64,000 nt of DNA from Phoronis australis (Eukaryota > Animalia > Phoronida), in assembly GCA_002633005.1 (NCBI GenBank), contig NMRA01000556.1, forward strand, positions 141,537-205,536, read 5' to 3'. Shown in pieces: positions 1-13,649 of the stretch. The stretch's first letter is position 1. Each line of letters begins with the position of its first letter. Position numbers and translations under genes: made by a program. A model generated the notes under the pieces. That model was not told the DNA's origin and searched no databases. It saw only the letters and a list, made by a program, of their open reading frames with translations.

Positions 1-461
1 AGTCAGCATGCTAGCCAAGTGAGTTAAAGCGGCATCAATCACGTGTTTCTTGTCAAAAAACAAGTTTTAATTTAGACCACGTTACGTTGTAAAATTGACT
101 TAACTTCGTTTTATACTAAGTTTAGAATTGGTATCTAGGCTGGGATAAACAAAAAAGCGAAACGAGTGCCGGAAAGACAAGAGAAACTTAGTAGGTCCTG
201 AAAATTAAATTTAGTCGCCGACAGCGTTTTGCCTAAGCCGTCTGATCAACGAACTGCCACTTTTTGAACCCCTAATATTACCTTCAATTTGATTAAGAGT
301 CAGCACACACAGAGGACTACGCGCCTTGAATGCAAATGAGCTCAACTCAGAGATCATGCTTGCGGCAATTGAAATAAATTTTGTGGATTTTGCCTCACGA
401 ATTCAGTGGCGAGGCAAATGTTTTGGTAGCTCTGTGACACCCAGTGTTCACCTGGCGTGCG

Positions 462-597
462 TTCAGTAACGCTAGGACCTACGCTAGGATCTAGCTAAAA
501 CCTAGCCACAGTCACGTGATCGTATTTAAAATACACGGCAATATCTCACGTAATCTCGCGATGTCTTGCTTTTTAGCGAGATCCTAGCGTTACTGAA
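462..597. mobile_element. Short palindromic MITE-like element
   Basis: The left end TTCAGTAACGCTAGGA...GCTAAAA is the reverse complement of the right end TTTTAGCGAGATCCTAGCGTTACTGAA. The interior is non-coding. Confidence 0.6.
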
Positions 598-801
598 TTG
601 GAGGCTGGCTTCAAGGCCAGCGGGAACGTTGCTCGGGGCGGTGGTGCTCTACTAATTATGACGGAGGATTGCTGCTGAGAAATTAGGATACCAAGTCTTG
701 TAGAAAGTAATTTCCGAAATTCGCGATTGCTTACGAATAAAAAGGTGTCTTTGTTAAAAGAGATTTTATTTCTGGCTTGGAAAGAACTTATAGCTCGTTA
801 T

Positions 802-943
802 TTCATGAGAGCTGGCTCTAAAAATTGGCTTATCACGATACGTCACTTCATGAGAGTTGGTCTCGAAATGTTGACTTGTCACGGTACGTCACTTCATGAG
901 AGATGACTCTAACAGTTGACTTGTCACGGTAAGTCACTTCATT
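802..943. repeat. Minisatellite, ~45-bp unit x3
   Basis: TTCATGAGAG...TTGACTTGTCACGGTACGTCAC is repeated three times with divergence. Confidence 0.8.
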
Positions 944-1114
944 TACTGGAAGAAAACCAACAGTCACTTCCTTCTAAAACTAAAAAGAACTTCTCATACG
1001 TGATTAAGGAACAAGATGGCTCAATTTTGTAACGGTGGTCTGAATTGAAAACTGAATTTCTTCCACGGAACTATGTCTTATTGTCGCTTTACATGCAGGT
1101 TATATTGAACTTAA

Positions 1115-2782
1115 AGGAGAATGCCACCCGATTTAATTAGTCTTTTTTGCCGTCTTAATCGGTCTATATCCACATCGCCTCGCATACGGTCGACCTTACC
1201 TTGCCAAGAGGTGTCGCGTTAACCAGTGAGGAAGGTGAGAAATGACGCTAGCGACGTCAATGGTTCATATGCAGAGTGAATGCCGCTGTGTTGCGGTGCA
1301 TCGTTCCCGCTTGTCCGAACTAAGCAGCTGCGAGGAAAGCGGGTATATCTTTTTTTTTTTACTTCCTCGAGAGTCCGAAATGCTTAGAAAGTGGCTCATG
1401 GTAGTGAAGAATTAAATGTACGCTGTAAATAGCAAGTATGAGGCCGTGAAACATCTCCGTCTCTGTGGCCTGCAGACATCGACAATGCCTGACGAATGCC
1501 GGCTTACCAAATAACTCCATACGTTCCGTTGTCTGAGCTTGTTCACGGCGCCTCTGTAGTATTTCTTCATCATTGTATTCTTGTTCGAATTGATAGCCTG
1601 TAAAACTAAACGATCCACCTGCGAATTCGGGAATGATGAGCTCTAGCTCGTCCTAAGTCGGGATTGCGACGGTTGCCTTGTTGGCGTTTATTACTGATCA
1701 TTCTGTTTCAAAATGAATTATTCTCACCCTAACCAATACTTATATAAAACTGAAACAAAGTTTGTCTCATTAGATGCAATTTGTAATGCCTTATGAGTGT
1801 TTGTGAGTGCAAATGATTTGAGAAGCCAGCAATGAATAAATCACTGCGTTACCGGCTTTAGGTGCAATAAAACTAATTGACGGGACACCGAGGCCGTGTG
1901 AGCTCATGCTAATTTAGTGTTTGCAGGCAGAAACTGTTGTGAAACATCTCGATTTCCATCCCACGGCCAGGTGTTAGGGTCAAATCTTTATCAAATAATG
2001 ATTGTCAATGTACAACATCTACCCTGACGGTACTGTGGCCAATGCAGAACCTGAATTCGCGGCCCCCGACTTGTAAGTAGATTTGCAGTTTCGTGGCTAA
2101 TTCATCAACATAATCACGTGCACATTACTTTGGCTCACTAGTATAGTATTTTCTTGACTGGAAGTTTAGTTTCCACTGAACTTTGGCTGATTTATATTCG
2201 TGATGTCTGATCAGTTTCCGAGCCCCTGGACGGGATAACGAGTCGGCCCGGCGGCCGCGACGGGCCTGATCGGGCTCCGAGCCACTGGCCAGGATAACAA
2301 GCGTTTTTTGTTTAGAACTAAAAAAATCACAAGTCTAAACAACACAGATCTACGTTCTCCTGTCTGTATCTCACGGAAAATACTTCGAAATTATCTCCGA
2401 ACAGACCCCAAACTCCTGCTACGGACCTTATTGCCTAACTTTGTAGGCTACGGTGTTTCCAAATACCAATAAATCCGTAAGAGCGAAAAAAATAACACGT
2501 TTTTATACATGTAAGAACTCGGTGTATTTTTAAGGGTTTTACATCGAATTTTGATGATTTATTGGTGTTAAACGATGACTTCAAACGATAAGCTGACACC
2601 AGTAACCAGTGTTGTGAACTGCTGAAAAGACTGCGTGTGAAACCGATGACGTCATTGGATAATTTCAACACCTCCGCCTGCCGTCAGGTGTCAGGTAACG
2701 CAACCGTACGTGTCCTTATGGAGTAGAACCACTCGATCTAAATTGATACAAATTAGGTTGTTTTTTTGGGTGGCATGCTCCT
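1115..2782. mobile_element. Non-autonomous Kolobok-like DNA transposon (~1.67 kb)
   Basis: TTAA|AGGAGAATGCCACCC lies at 1111-1129 and GGGTGGCATGCTCCT|TTGA at 2768-2786. This gives a 15-bp TIR with one mismatch, RR..YY ends and a TTAA-type TSD, as known for Kolobok. Confidence 0.7.
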
Positions 2783-3899
2783 TTGATCGATTGTTAGCCG
2801 AATATCTAAAAACACTAAGTAAAGGTAAATATTTTTGAAAGTAGAAACGTTGCTCATGATGAAAGTTCAAAAACACTGCCACATTTTTCTTAGTTATCAT
2901 TTTATGTTCGTTTTATGCAACTTTTTATTTCTTCATAAAATTTTCAAAAGTCTTAGTTTTGTTAGGCCCTCATGAAAAAGTGGAATATTTTATAAACAAT
3001 TCCTGGCACTGTTTAGCAGAACAGTGCATGAAGCATATTATATGATAGTTACATATGAATCTGATTTGCCTTTCCAGATATATGACGTTCCGACATTAAC
3101 CAAACTTGGATATTTTCCCAGGGTCATACATGTACTTAACGTGAATGGATAATCTGGCAGTGGGAACTGTGAGAATGCGATTGTTCATGGTACTCGATCC
3201 TTGAACAAAAACAACAGCTAAAATGGTGACCTGCGTTTTTAAATACCGCAGGGTGTTTTAATAGTGTGTCACATAATATTCGATGTTCACTAATTAAACA
3301 CGTGTATTTTCCTGCGCGCTCTCGTGAGAAGGTCGTCTTCTCACGTAACCCGAGGCAAAGTGTACTGTGTATTGATGAATTAGAAGACTGAAGGACATGA
3401 CAGGTTGCTGACCCGACAGCCAAATGGCGCTTCCTAGAGATAGTTACGACTCAATATCAATGCATTTTATTTGAAACATTTTTAAATATGATGTTCTTTA
3501 TTTGTGAATTGAAAAATGAATCCAAGATGGCGTATATTCATATTTTAAATAATTTTGACGTCGTCATTGACCGGGACTATCGTTGTTTTGCCTCCGAAAT
3601 TTATAGATACCGATATTTTTAGTTAATGCTTGTTTTTAACAAATTTTGAAACGTCATTTTCATGCCTGTCAACGTTTAAAAGGATTATTATCGATATAGC
3701 CATTTATTGCTTAGCTGGATTCATAAATTCCCATTTACAATTGCTACTAACCGTATTCTGGCGAACTTGTCACCGCTAACCAATCATCGCGTTCTTATCT
3801 TTTGCTCGAATTGAAATTTTGTTACAATGAACTAACTCTAATTCTTTTGGGGACCATATTGTGGCAACTGACGTTAGCCGGCGTCATCTCAAGGAGCTT

Positions 3900-4800
3900 T
3901 CTGGGACTCTGTGTCCGGTGCACAGTCCCAGTAGGGACTCAAAGACTTTACGTATGTTTTTAGCACATTTGTAGATTATTTGTTTACTCGGAAGTTTATT
4001 CCATCCAACAACAATACGTTTCCGCCGTAAAACCAAGAACGTCAATTTGAACACGTGGCATTGGACACAAAGTCGACGCCGCGAACAACGGTTACCGCTA
4101 TCGTGAATCTTGCTATGCATATGCATGTAATGTGGGGACGGCTTGCAAAAATAACTGAACCATCGACGTATAAAGGAGAATTTACGTTCACCAATGCACT
4201 TGTGCAGAGGTTCTGCAGTTACAAAAATTACAACACGTCGCCTTTGTGTAATAGTTTCATGATCCATATTCACGAGTTCACCAGTTGGCTGTAACACACG
4301 GGAGCGTAAATATCACATTGATTCTGTGACTGGTTCTTGTTCTCGTCCTTAACGGAAGTTGCACACTCCTTGACAATTGTGTTTAAGATTGGAATTTAAA
4401 CGAAGACACTTCCGTTAGAATGTTGTCATGAGCTCTAAAGCATACTGTAGTATTCTTTAATCGTCGTCCAGTATTAACACTCGACCGGTGGCATAAATCA
4501 CTTAAGACTCTTTAATTGTCCATAATCCGTCGTCACTAGTACAGTGTTGACCCTCATATGGCGTGAATCCTCACCGATTACGGCGCATTAACGTCTTGTT
4601 AGTAAATCCGTGTCACAGTTGTTGGTCAATCATTCAAGTGATCTCATAACATTGTCAAGCCATCTGCCGAGGCACCTACTTGTAGTGGCCATAGCATAAT
4701 TGCGACATCGGGTGCAGTGTTTAGTGTTAACATAGATCATAGACAACAGGTTTGCAACTCCGATATTTTCTTAATATAACGTTCCCAAAGGGGCCGTCCC
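3900..4800 (-). mobile_element. Decayed non-LTR retrotransposon (CR1/L2-like) RT C-terminal region
   Basis: Minus-strand fragments occur in the expected order: CLGRWLDN (cf. YLGV.LD), NKTLMRRN (cf. NKTLGF.RRN), ETITQRRR (cf. W.TL..RR) and RIVVGWNKLPS...KVFESLL (cf. R.V..WN.LP...FK..L). Many stops and frameshifts. Confidence 0.55.
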
Positions 4801-5684
4801 ACTCTCTCCCAATGCACAATCCTGCTGCCGGTCAGTGAGTAGACATGAACGACGAACTATCGGGGAGTAAAAAAGTGCATAACGCCTGGCTCAGATAGTG
4901 AATAGTGACGTCATGCCTGATCGTGCTGGTCGCGGCTTGTGCCCAAGATAACGAATCACGTTCGTTGCAAATACGCAAAGTTGGCACTCCACCCTATAAT
5001 CATGACTAAAAATTAAAAATAAAAAACAACTGCATGCAGTTTTAGGGGTTACACACATTTGTACTTTAAAAGGTGGGACATTATCGGCGAGAACAACAAT
5101 TTACGGACTACATCCTTGATGTGGAATTGACCCTGCAACCCTAGAGGCCGCAAGCTAATGCTCTCCTGGTGGAACTAAACCTCACTCCCTAAACAGCAGG
5201 ATTTTTAAGCGTACTTAACTGGTAAAGCCATCGCGTTTGATTTCAGCGAATGTCTGAAAGACAACGGCGAGAATTGGTGAATGCAAACAAACAATGGCTA
5301 TTATTGGTTTTTAGTTCTGGTCAAAACTAACCAAAAGACCAATCCTAGCCTACGGTAATCTCAAACTCTAAAAACCGTTAATGCCCTTTAACACATCCAA
5401 CATCCGCTTGGATTTCCACCGAGGTTTTGAGAAATCTCTTACGAGGGCAAGTGTTAGCCCTTGGACCGCACTAGAATACTTTTGTTTGTCCTTGTCTCAT
5501 CTCTCAATCCCCTGACATGGATGAGTAGGTCGGTAAAACATTTTATTTTTTTTCACTGTTGTCGGCGTTAACATGTTAATATTCGTAGCAGAAATATTTC
5601 CTTTCTGCAATTTCGAAAAACACTTCTTATGTAAGAGTGCAAAAATGCTTCGAGCCGCAAGCATATTTTACGGAGACGGTAATA

Positions 5685-5830
5685 AAAATAACAACGCCAT
5701 AACAATAATAATAACAATAACAACAAAACTGATAACGATAGCAACTATAGTAATAATAATGATAGTGATGACGACGGCGGCGGCGGCGGCAAAGGCAACG
5801 GCGGCAGAGGCGGCGGGACGTCGACGAGGT
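5685..5830. repeat. Degenerate (AAT/AAC)n then (GCG)n trinucleotide low-complexity tract
   Basis: Read directly from the sequence. It explains the spurious ORFs at 5573-5971 and 5627-5848. Confidence 0.8.
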
Positions 5831-8029
5831 GTGATAATCGTAATGCATGCTACGGAAACTCTAGTTTACATATATGTTATTGTCATTAGATGTTTCTTAT
5901 TTTTGATTCCGTTATTGGTATTTGTCTGTTATTTCTGCAACGTACGCTTTTTAAGTTACGAGGGTGTATAAGTAAGTCCGCAACGAATTATTTTCTATCA
6001 TGACTGCCTCGCTCTCACGTGGTTACCACGAAGAATGACTTGGCGTATTTCTTTACGCCATTTTGTGCCTATCCGAATAATTCCACTCACCCGCATGTTT
6101 GCACAAGAAAACAACAATGGTGTTAGTCAGCGAAACAATATGTGCGCCACTTTCATGGATGTGCCAAAGGACGCGCATGGATCATTAAATTCTAGTCTAT
6201 CACGACTCGTTTCAGCCACAATGTATACATTTAACAATTTCATAATTTCCCCAGGCACTAGTTATAGCTAATTAAAACAACGAGTGCTCCGATCACCGTA
6301 CAAGCAGAAGACTCACAGGACGCAATCGATTTGAATAGAGCCACAAGGATGAAAGCACAGTCACACGCGTTTGGAAGCTTTTAGCAACAATCTTGTTTTT
6401 TCCCTGAAGACGAAGATAATACTTTTGAAATTTGTTTATGCGATCTCTCAGAAACTGCGTCTGTGAGTTACTCGGGTAGAAGGAGTTGATCTTTGCAAAA
6501 TACAAGTATGATAACGGAAAGCAAACGGCGGAAATTTTAACAATGAGCTTTATAAATACAATGTTCATCACACGTCTATGTGTACTAGCTTCAAAACGAC
6601 GGCATTCGGAATAATTCAAAACAAGTTTGAAAGTTTTCTTGAGCGCTCACACGTTTACTTAAGAATTTACAGTATTACTTAGCAGTTCATAAGTTTACTT
6701 ACGTGCACGGGTTTACACGTTTGCTTTCGGCTAAGCTCGTAACAGATAAATCTGCAAAACTTAATTTGTTCAACACCTAAACATCGCCTTTTTGTTCTTC
6801 TACGTTTCCTTTATAATCCTTAATCGCGAAACAAGATTTCGCACATCGTTTGCTTGTGTACAGTCACTGTATCATCGACAACATCTCGGGTATTGCATAA
6901 AAGGTTATTTGTGCCCAAAAACCTAACCAGACCCGGGGCTAAAGGCAAACATCTGGTGGAACACAATTTGGCTATCCATATCAAAACGATACGCTTGGCA
7001 TTTGCAATGCTCACGGAAGCAAAAGATAGATTTTCTACTTCATCATAAATGGAGTCGATTCGGATGTTTCATCGACATGATGTACCGTCAATTTTTGTAT
7101 TTTTACCTGTTTATATCACTTTTAATTCACGAGACCACAACCTTTGTACACAGTATTTCGGCGAAGGAATACGCGGATAGTAGATTTCTATAATTTGGGA
7201 CTACGAACGTTTGTGAAAGAAACGTGTTCATAAAAAGGTGTTTGTATCCCAAGTAAGAACAATGAGGGTAGAAAAGTTTTCAAAAGCAAGTCGGCGCATG
7301 ATCGACAAACAAAGGCTGCCAGAAAAGTCTTCTGATTGGACATTTGAAATTGAATAAGTCCTGAGGTATTCCGTTTTTACTGAATCCAGTCACTCTTGTT
7401 CAAAGAGCACATACACCAATAGCCAATAGTTGATGTGCAACAGGGAACGAGTTGAAAAAGGCCTATCACTGTTTATTAATTGCGAAGCTGAGATTTTTCA
7501 TGCAAAAATCTTATAACACACATATTTGGCCGGCGTTATTGTCGCAAAAAATTCTACAACACCTTCGAAATCCCACTGCCAGAAATCCCTATACGAGTTA
7601 CAACTGAACCGTGTACACAACACGCTCTATCGTCATATTACGTCATACATGTGATAATGAATTATTAACGCGTCGCCGCACTACGGGAAAATGGACTTTC
7701 AATAAAAGTTTAACCTTCATGAAATATACAACGGCCAAAAACACCCCTGGGTTAATTTTAGTGCAGCTCAGCCTATTCTTATTATATGAACCTGATTTTG
7801 GAGAATAAAACCACTATTCAAGGCTGGCACGAAGCCTTCCGACTCACCCGCTGTACCCTCGCGGCAGAGAGAGTGCACTACTGTGTCGGAAAAATTCTTG
7901 CCGACACAATCGTACAAAGGAACGATGATTACATTGCGAGCACTTCCTAATTGTTTTTGTTCCAGATAAGAAGAACGTCTACCTCTGGGTCAGAAAATTC
8001 CGAAAATATGGATCCATTTCTAATCTCAA

Positions 8030-8416
8030 TTATAGTTTCATTAGGATGGTGCTACGCTCGATACCTCCAATGATGCGCTTGCGTAGTTACGTAATCACTT
8101 TGGGAACTTGTTCTGAAAACTGTTTTAGAATGATCTTCGAGTACTTTGGACTTATCGGCATCTGTTCTCTGGGGCTAGGCGACAGACAAAGTGAACGAGG
8201 ACAATCGAAATACGCCGGCAGAATTGAAAAGGAACATTACGCGGGAGTTTCAGGCCACCACACCACGTGNNNNGGGGGGGGGGGGCGAGGAGGAGTGGGT
8301 GATTGACAATTTCCGTCGGCGAATTCAGGTGTGTCTGCAGCGTCAAGGTGTTTACCTGGAACATGGCATATGATATCGTGAAAGTGTCCCGTGGTATAAT
8401 ATTTGGCCACCCTGTA
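8030..8416 (+). mobile_element. Tc1/mariner-superfamily transposase relic with right TIR
   Basis: The region reads FH*DGATLDTSNDALA*LRNHFGN (cf. FQQDGATAHT...LR..F), then DLSASVLWG*ATDKV (cf. DLSP.DFFLWG..KDKV), then TPAELKRNITREF...VIDNFRRRIQVCLQRQGVYLEHGI*. It ends in ATTTGGCCACCCTG|TA, a CAGGGTG-type TIR followed by a TA target site. Confidence 0.8.
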
Positions 8417-10574
8417 ACTTAAACGTGTATGAATGTAAAATAAACTATCGTTTTTTTGTTCCCAATTGTCCAAAGAAAATAAAAAGGACACATTTCATGC
8501 ATGTATGAGTAGAAGAACATACCGTTGAGAATTCGATATGCATTATTCAAATTCTTGCATTACTGGTTTAAAACGTAGTTTACTGATGCTATAGTTATGA
8601 ATGCTAAAGTCGCATTTCATTATCAATTAACACCTGAAATAGAAATCACGAAGTTAACTACCAGTGGCGGATTTGGAGGGGGGCCATGCCCCCTAAGATG
8701 ACATGCTCCTCCAAACATGATGACTATTTTAAACTCATTGTTCTTGCTGACGCCGTGCGTGATTAGATATTTGCACTTTTTTATTATGGTTTGGATAGCA
8801 TTGAGACGTCATCACTTGTGTCTTCAAGTAACCCGCCTCAGGCTAAGTGTTGAGTAACCACTAAGTAAACGCCCAATTAAGAGGACTGTTCAATTTCAAA
8901 AGATCACGGGAACTTTCGAAGCATTTTATAATCATGCTCAACTAATGTTTTTACCTATGTGATCCAATGTAAAGCGTTCTGAGCATACCTTATAACATTT
9001 CAAATTTAAGCTATGTTTCCGAAACTACACTGGTTAAATTAGTCATTTTATGACTTTGGTTTAATTAATAACTTAATAATTTTCATGAAAACGTATTGTG
9101 TCACCGTAAAACATAACGTTCTACGGTGTATGTAAAATTTTCTGGAATTTCTTATTGAATTCATACAAGTATGAATCATGTTCGCTATCAATTCCCTTGA
9201 CATAAGTGCAAAGAAAGAAATGCTCAATTAGTTTTTAGTAGTTTCTATTATTTTGTTGACTGAGGTATCAATCTCAAGACCCTCGCTCACAAAAACGTCC
9301 GAGCAACGGTCTAGAGAGGTGCAGAAGCGAACAACATACATCGAGTGCCACATCGTCCACGAGGTCTCTCATCCGAATTTTAACGAATGTCTCCAAACTT
9401 TGTTTGATTCCCACCCAGTATAAGTCAAGTGAGTCAAAATTCTTGGGAATGCTGTGCGAACTATTTTAGTGAGCTAGGGCTCTAACAATGGAACAGCAGT
9501 TTCCTCGCAGTGTCGTCGACTTGTGGGCAAAAAAATTAAAAGAATTAATTTCTCCGTCAATCATTTTTGAATTTTTTCAATAAAGCAGATTTGCATTAAA
9601 CCTAGGGTAGTTAGTGTCGTTCTGGCGAGAGATTAATGAGATTTAAAATTCTTATGTTTAGTTTTGTATTGTCTGTCCATGACGAGACGTATGCATGGTA
9701 AAGCCTGCGCAAAAGTCAATATTTGAGTACCAGTAACACTTAAGAGCTTTCTATGTAATGAAGCCCGCCGGTCAGGTCCGTGGTATAGCTTAGTAGGTTT
9801 CTGTGATATAAAATGACGGCGGAGCGTTGATTAACGTACGCAAGTGTGTGGACAACACACAAATACGTCGCCTCTTGCAGCGACCACGCTGCGTCTCTCC
9901 CTCGGGGCGGTTATCCAATATTTATGTATTGCGTGATCGTCACTGATAGATTTTTGACCCCGACGGTAGTCTTGGTATAAATTATTAAATGACGATAATT
10001 CATCGATTTCATGATTTTCACGGGGAGTCGCAGTGGGTGAGAAGACGAGAGTTTTGTTGTGTCTACATTTCAGAGATACAGATATTCACACTGAAAACAA
10101 AAAAAATCTTTATCTTGCTAAAAACGTGTCGAAGGTCAACAAACTGAGATAAATACTACAATTGGCAAACGGTGTGCCTGCGAAATTGCGAATACGATGT
10201 GTGCGCTATTGAACTTGGCTTGTCTACGCCACAAGTGTCTACTTGTTTCGTAAGTTCTCTTATCATAGCGGAGAAAACAAACACACGCGTGACGAAAATA
10301 AGTAAACTTACGAGGGTTTGGACCGTGTTCTTTCAAAGTAAACACCTGTTTTGAAACAAGAATTTACAGGAAATGATAACTTTCACAACATTAGGAGCTA
10401 CAGTATATTGTTGAGTAACACTAATTAATTCTGAGCCACCATTTAGAAGTTAACTGAGGTAACAGTGTGGTAGATAACTGAACACATCAAAGACTCCATC
10501 TTCCGGTAAATAAATCGAAGAGACAGCAAATCATGTAAAGAAAAATTGAAAAACCAGTTTCTTATTATTTGTAG

Positions 10575-10670
10575 CTATCTTTTCGATTTGTATAAACACT
10601 GTGTTTACGAGAATCTTTCAACCTCACACTACAAGTGCTCTAATGTCACGTGCTCTCAGCGATTTTAATG
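10575..10670 (+). other. Possible exon of an unannotated spliced transcript
   Basis: Acceptor TTATTATTTGTAG and consensus donor G|GTAAGT enclose 96 nt. No homology recognised. Confidence 0.25.
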
Positions 10671-11499
10671 GTAAGTTTAAAAAAACTTGACAATTCGCTG
10701 GAAAATGTCAATTTTTATCGCCGGTTGTATGTGTGGCTCGCAAAGTGGTGGGTGTCTTAGCAAGAACAGACACGCACTTTGAAACAGCTGCAGGAACAAG
10801 AAATCCGAATAAATAAGAAAAAACACACAAGAAAAAATGAATATGCTTATTTCGAACGAAAAAAAAAAACGGCCCATAATGGGTCCCCTGTTTTACGCTG
10901 GTACCAAGGTAATAGATTGTTTCACATAACGGATGATCCGGCATTGGATGTCAGAGTTACGGTGGATAGTTTGTATCGGTGTCTTGTTGAATATTTGTAG
11001 GTAAGAACAGATTTATGTCGTAAATCTGCATTGTCGGACTTAGGGAAGTCCCAGGAGCCCCGCACCCCTTACAGACATTAACAAAATCACAGTCTCCAAG
11101 ATTTGTTAGGGATTACGGGGAGATTTCCCTCAAAAATTGAGATGGCCCTTCTCTTATGACTTCCTGGATCCGCCAGAGATCTCATCAGAATTTGTTGTCA
11201 GGAGAATATGATATCTTCAGCTCGTGGGTTGATCTACTTTCACACCTGGTATTAGGAGGGAAAAGGGCTCCATAGTCACTCATCCAAATTCCAATCTTCA
11301 AAAATCCAACGGATACTCTACTTAACTGTGATTTATTTGAAGCTCTTTTATTGACCATAGAGACGAAAATAATTTTATCTATCTACCTATCCGTCTGTAT
11401 GTTCGTCTACTTGCCAGCATGTCTATCTGTCTGTTTGTCTATCTGTGTTTCTATCTATAAGTTAAGCTATGTATCGGCCGAACCACCAGTCGTATGTAC

Positions 11500-11565
11500 A
11501 GGGTGTGTGTGTATGTATGCATGTATGTATGTATGTATGTATGTATGAATGAATGTATGTATGTA

Positions 11566-11608
<43 letters not shown>

Positions 11609-11648
11609 CTATGTATGTATGTATGTATGTATGTATGCATGTATATAC
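11500..11648. repeat. Compound (TATG)n/(TG)n microsatellite
   Basis: Read directly from the sequence. Confidence 0.95.
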
Positions 11649-11682
11649 ATAATTATACTTGTATCTGTCTGTCTCTCTGCAG

Positions 11683-11816
11683 GTAAATACAACATGTCCA
11701 TTGATTTTCAACCGGATGTGATTCCAGATCGCGTGACTTTTGGCCAACCAATAACCTCACGTGGCATTGTGGGTAATGCAACTGTTGGTCACGTGATATC
11801 TGCGAGGTCATCTTAA
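11683..11816 (+). other. Possible terminal exon of an unannotated transcript (GKYNMSIDFQPDVIPDRVTFGQPITSRG...SS*)
   Basis: Acceptor CTGTCTCTCTGCAG is phase-compatible with the donor after 10670, and an AATAAA lies near 12047. No homology recognised. Confidence 0.25.
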
Positions 11817-13649
11817 CATTGGTTGTTTACACTTTAAAAGCTCAATAATTAACTGAGTTTTTGGTTTTTGATACTTTTTGTATTCAGTTATTCTCTGCAA
11901 ACAACCGTGACACAGACATAAATTAAAGAAATTGAACTTATTGATAATAGTTACTTTTATGATTGGTATTCGCTATGTTATCGTTGCTGTTGTTTTGGTC
12001 GGACGCATTAAGATACTTCGGATATAGATACATGTACATGAGATTAAATAAAAAAAGCTGTTCACGATTTTATTTCACAAACTATGCCTAACTTCAGTCA
12101 AAATTACTTCATCCGAAATATACATCTTATTATTAAAATGGTCATTTTTTATCTTATTACTGTTGTTGTTGTGATAAGCGAGTAAAAACTTCGCAATAAG
12201 ACAATAATGAGAATGGAGCCACTTATTCAGCCATAAATAACACCTATGGCATCCATTCCGAATACGGTATTGAAAACAACAAATATGTGTGCATATACGC
12301 CTCGCTTCACGAATGGGTACTTTCTTATTGTCGCAAAAGTAAACCAATGTTTCGACGCTTGTCTTTATGTGATGCAGAATGTTCTTCAGTGATGGCCACA
12401 TCAACGTAACAGGTTCGATATACCATACTACCTTTAAATTTGGCTATTGCACGCTTCGCGTCATACTGAGCAATGACGCCGTGCTTAACCACATGCAAAG
12501 CCAATTGTAGACGATAGGTTTGAATAATTTCCAACGGCAAGTTTAAATTCATGTGTGGAGGGAACTTCTTGTTTTAGAAAATTTACAACAATTTAACTTA
12601 TTTCACAATCCCAACATAACATAATTGCCCTCTAGTGAGATGCAGCGAGATTACCATGACCTTGAAATTGGCGCTTGTGAGAGAAGGTCAAATTGCGCAT
12701 TTTCATATGAGGCTGTTTGAGCTAAAACAGTTAAAACAGCTAAAAGCATGTTTCGTTATCCCCTATTCTCCTTACTCCATACAAAGCATAATTACGATCA
12801 CCACGAAACACATACGAAAAATATTAACGTTGACGTGCTCAAAGTCCAGAAAAACGACGTAAGAAAACCAGTAACCCAGGAAATATAATTACAGCCGTCA
12901 AAGCATAAAGGTGGCATCACACAGCGAAATCAATCCGTTTTTGAAAGGATTTCAATCATTAATTTTAACATAGGTGATTTTCCACTAACCCATGCAAATT
13001 TCACATCTCTGTCTGCTAGGTGGCTGTAACGGAAAAAAAAACTAATTCGATAACCTGCACATCATTTTACTACAAATTTTAGCAGGTAAATATCATCCAA
13101 GATATAAAGAAAATTAAAAATAATCAATGATCAATCAAAACTAAGTCAAACCTTATTAAAACGAACGCTTTAGTCAAATTATTTCCACCATTAAATAGTC
13201 CTTCGTTAAGCTCTACATAGACTGTAGGCTGTGCGGGCGTCCCGGTCACCTCACTTGTTCATTAACATAGTAAACTTACTCAACGATTTATTTGTTCCTA
13301 ACATCTTTTTGTGCCAGTTTCATATGACAAATGAAATCTAATGTATACTCTGCTGTGTTCAGAATTATACACCAACCACTGAACCCGAGTTTTGTGCAAA
13401 CTTGGTTAAGCATACGAGCAATTAAGAAAAAAATCCTGCAAGTTGGGACAAAAATGGGCAGCACTAATCATTCGCATTTCAAATATTCCAATGAAAGTGA
13501 GGAAATCTGTTTATTGCGGAATTCAACTATAACGTCGCGACTTCCCTTGCATATCTCACAACCGGGAAAACGCAACACCCCTTGACAGAAAAATCCTTGA
13601 AAAATTGCCAATCCACTGTCGACGTAAGAACAATGTCAGCAAGTGACCC

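Noticed and set aside
5959-6000. TACGAGGGTGTAT, resembling a mariner left terminus
   Set aside because: I found no matching right terminus or transposase motif nearby.
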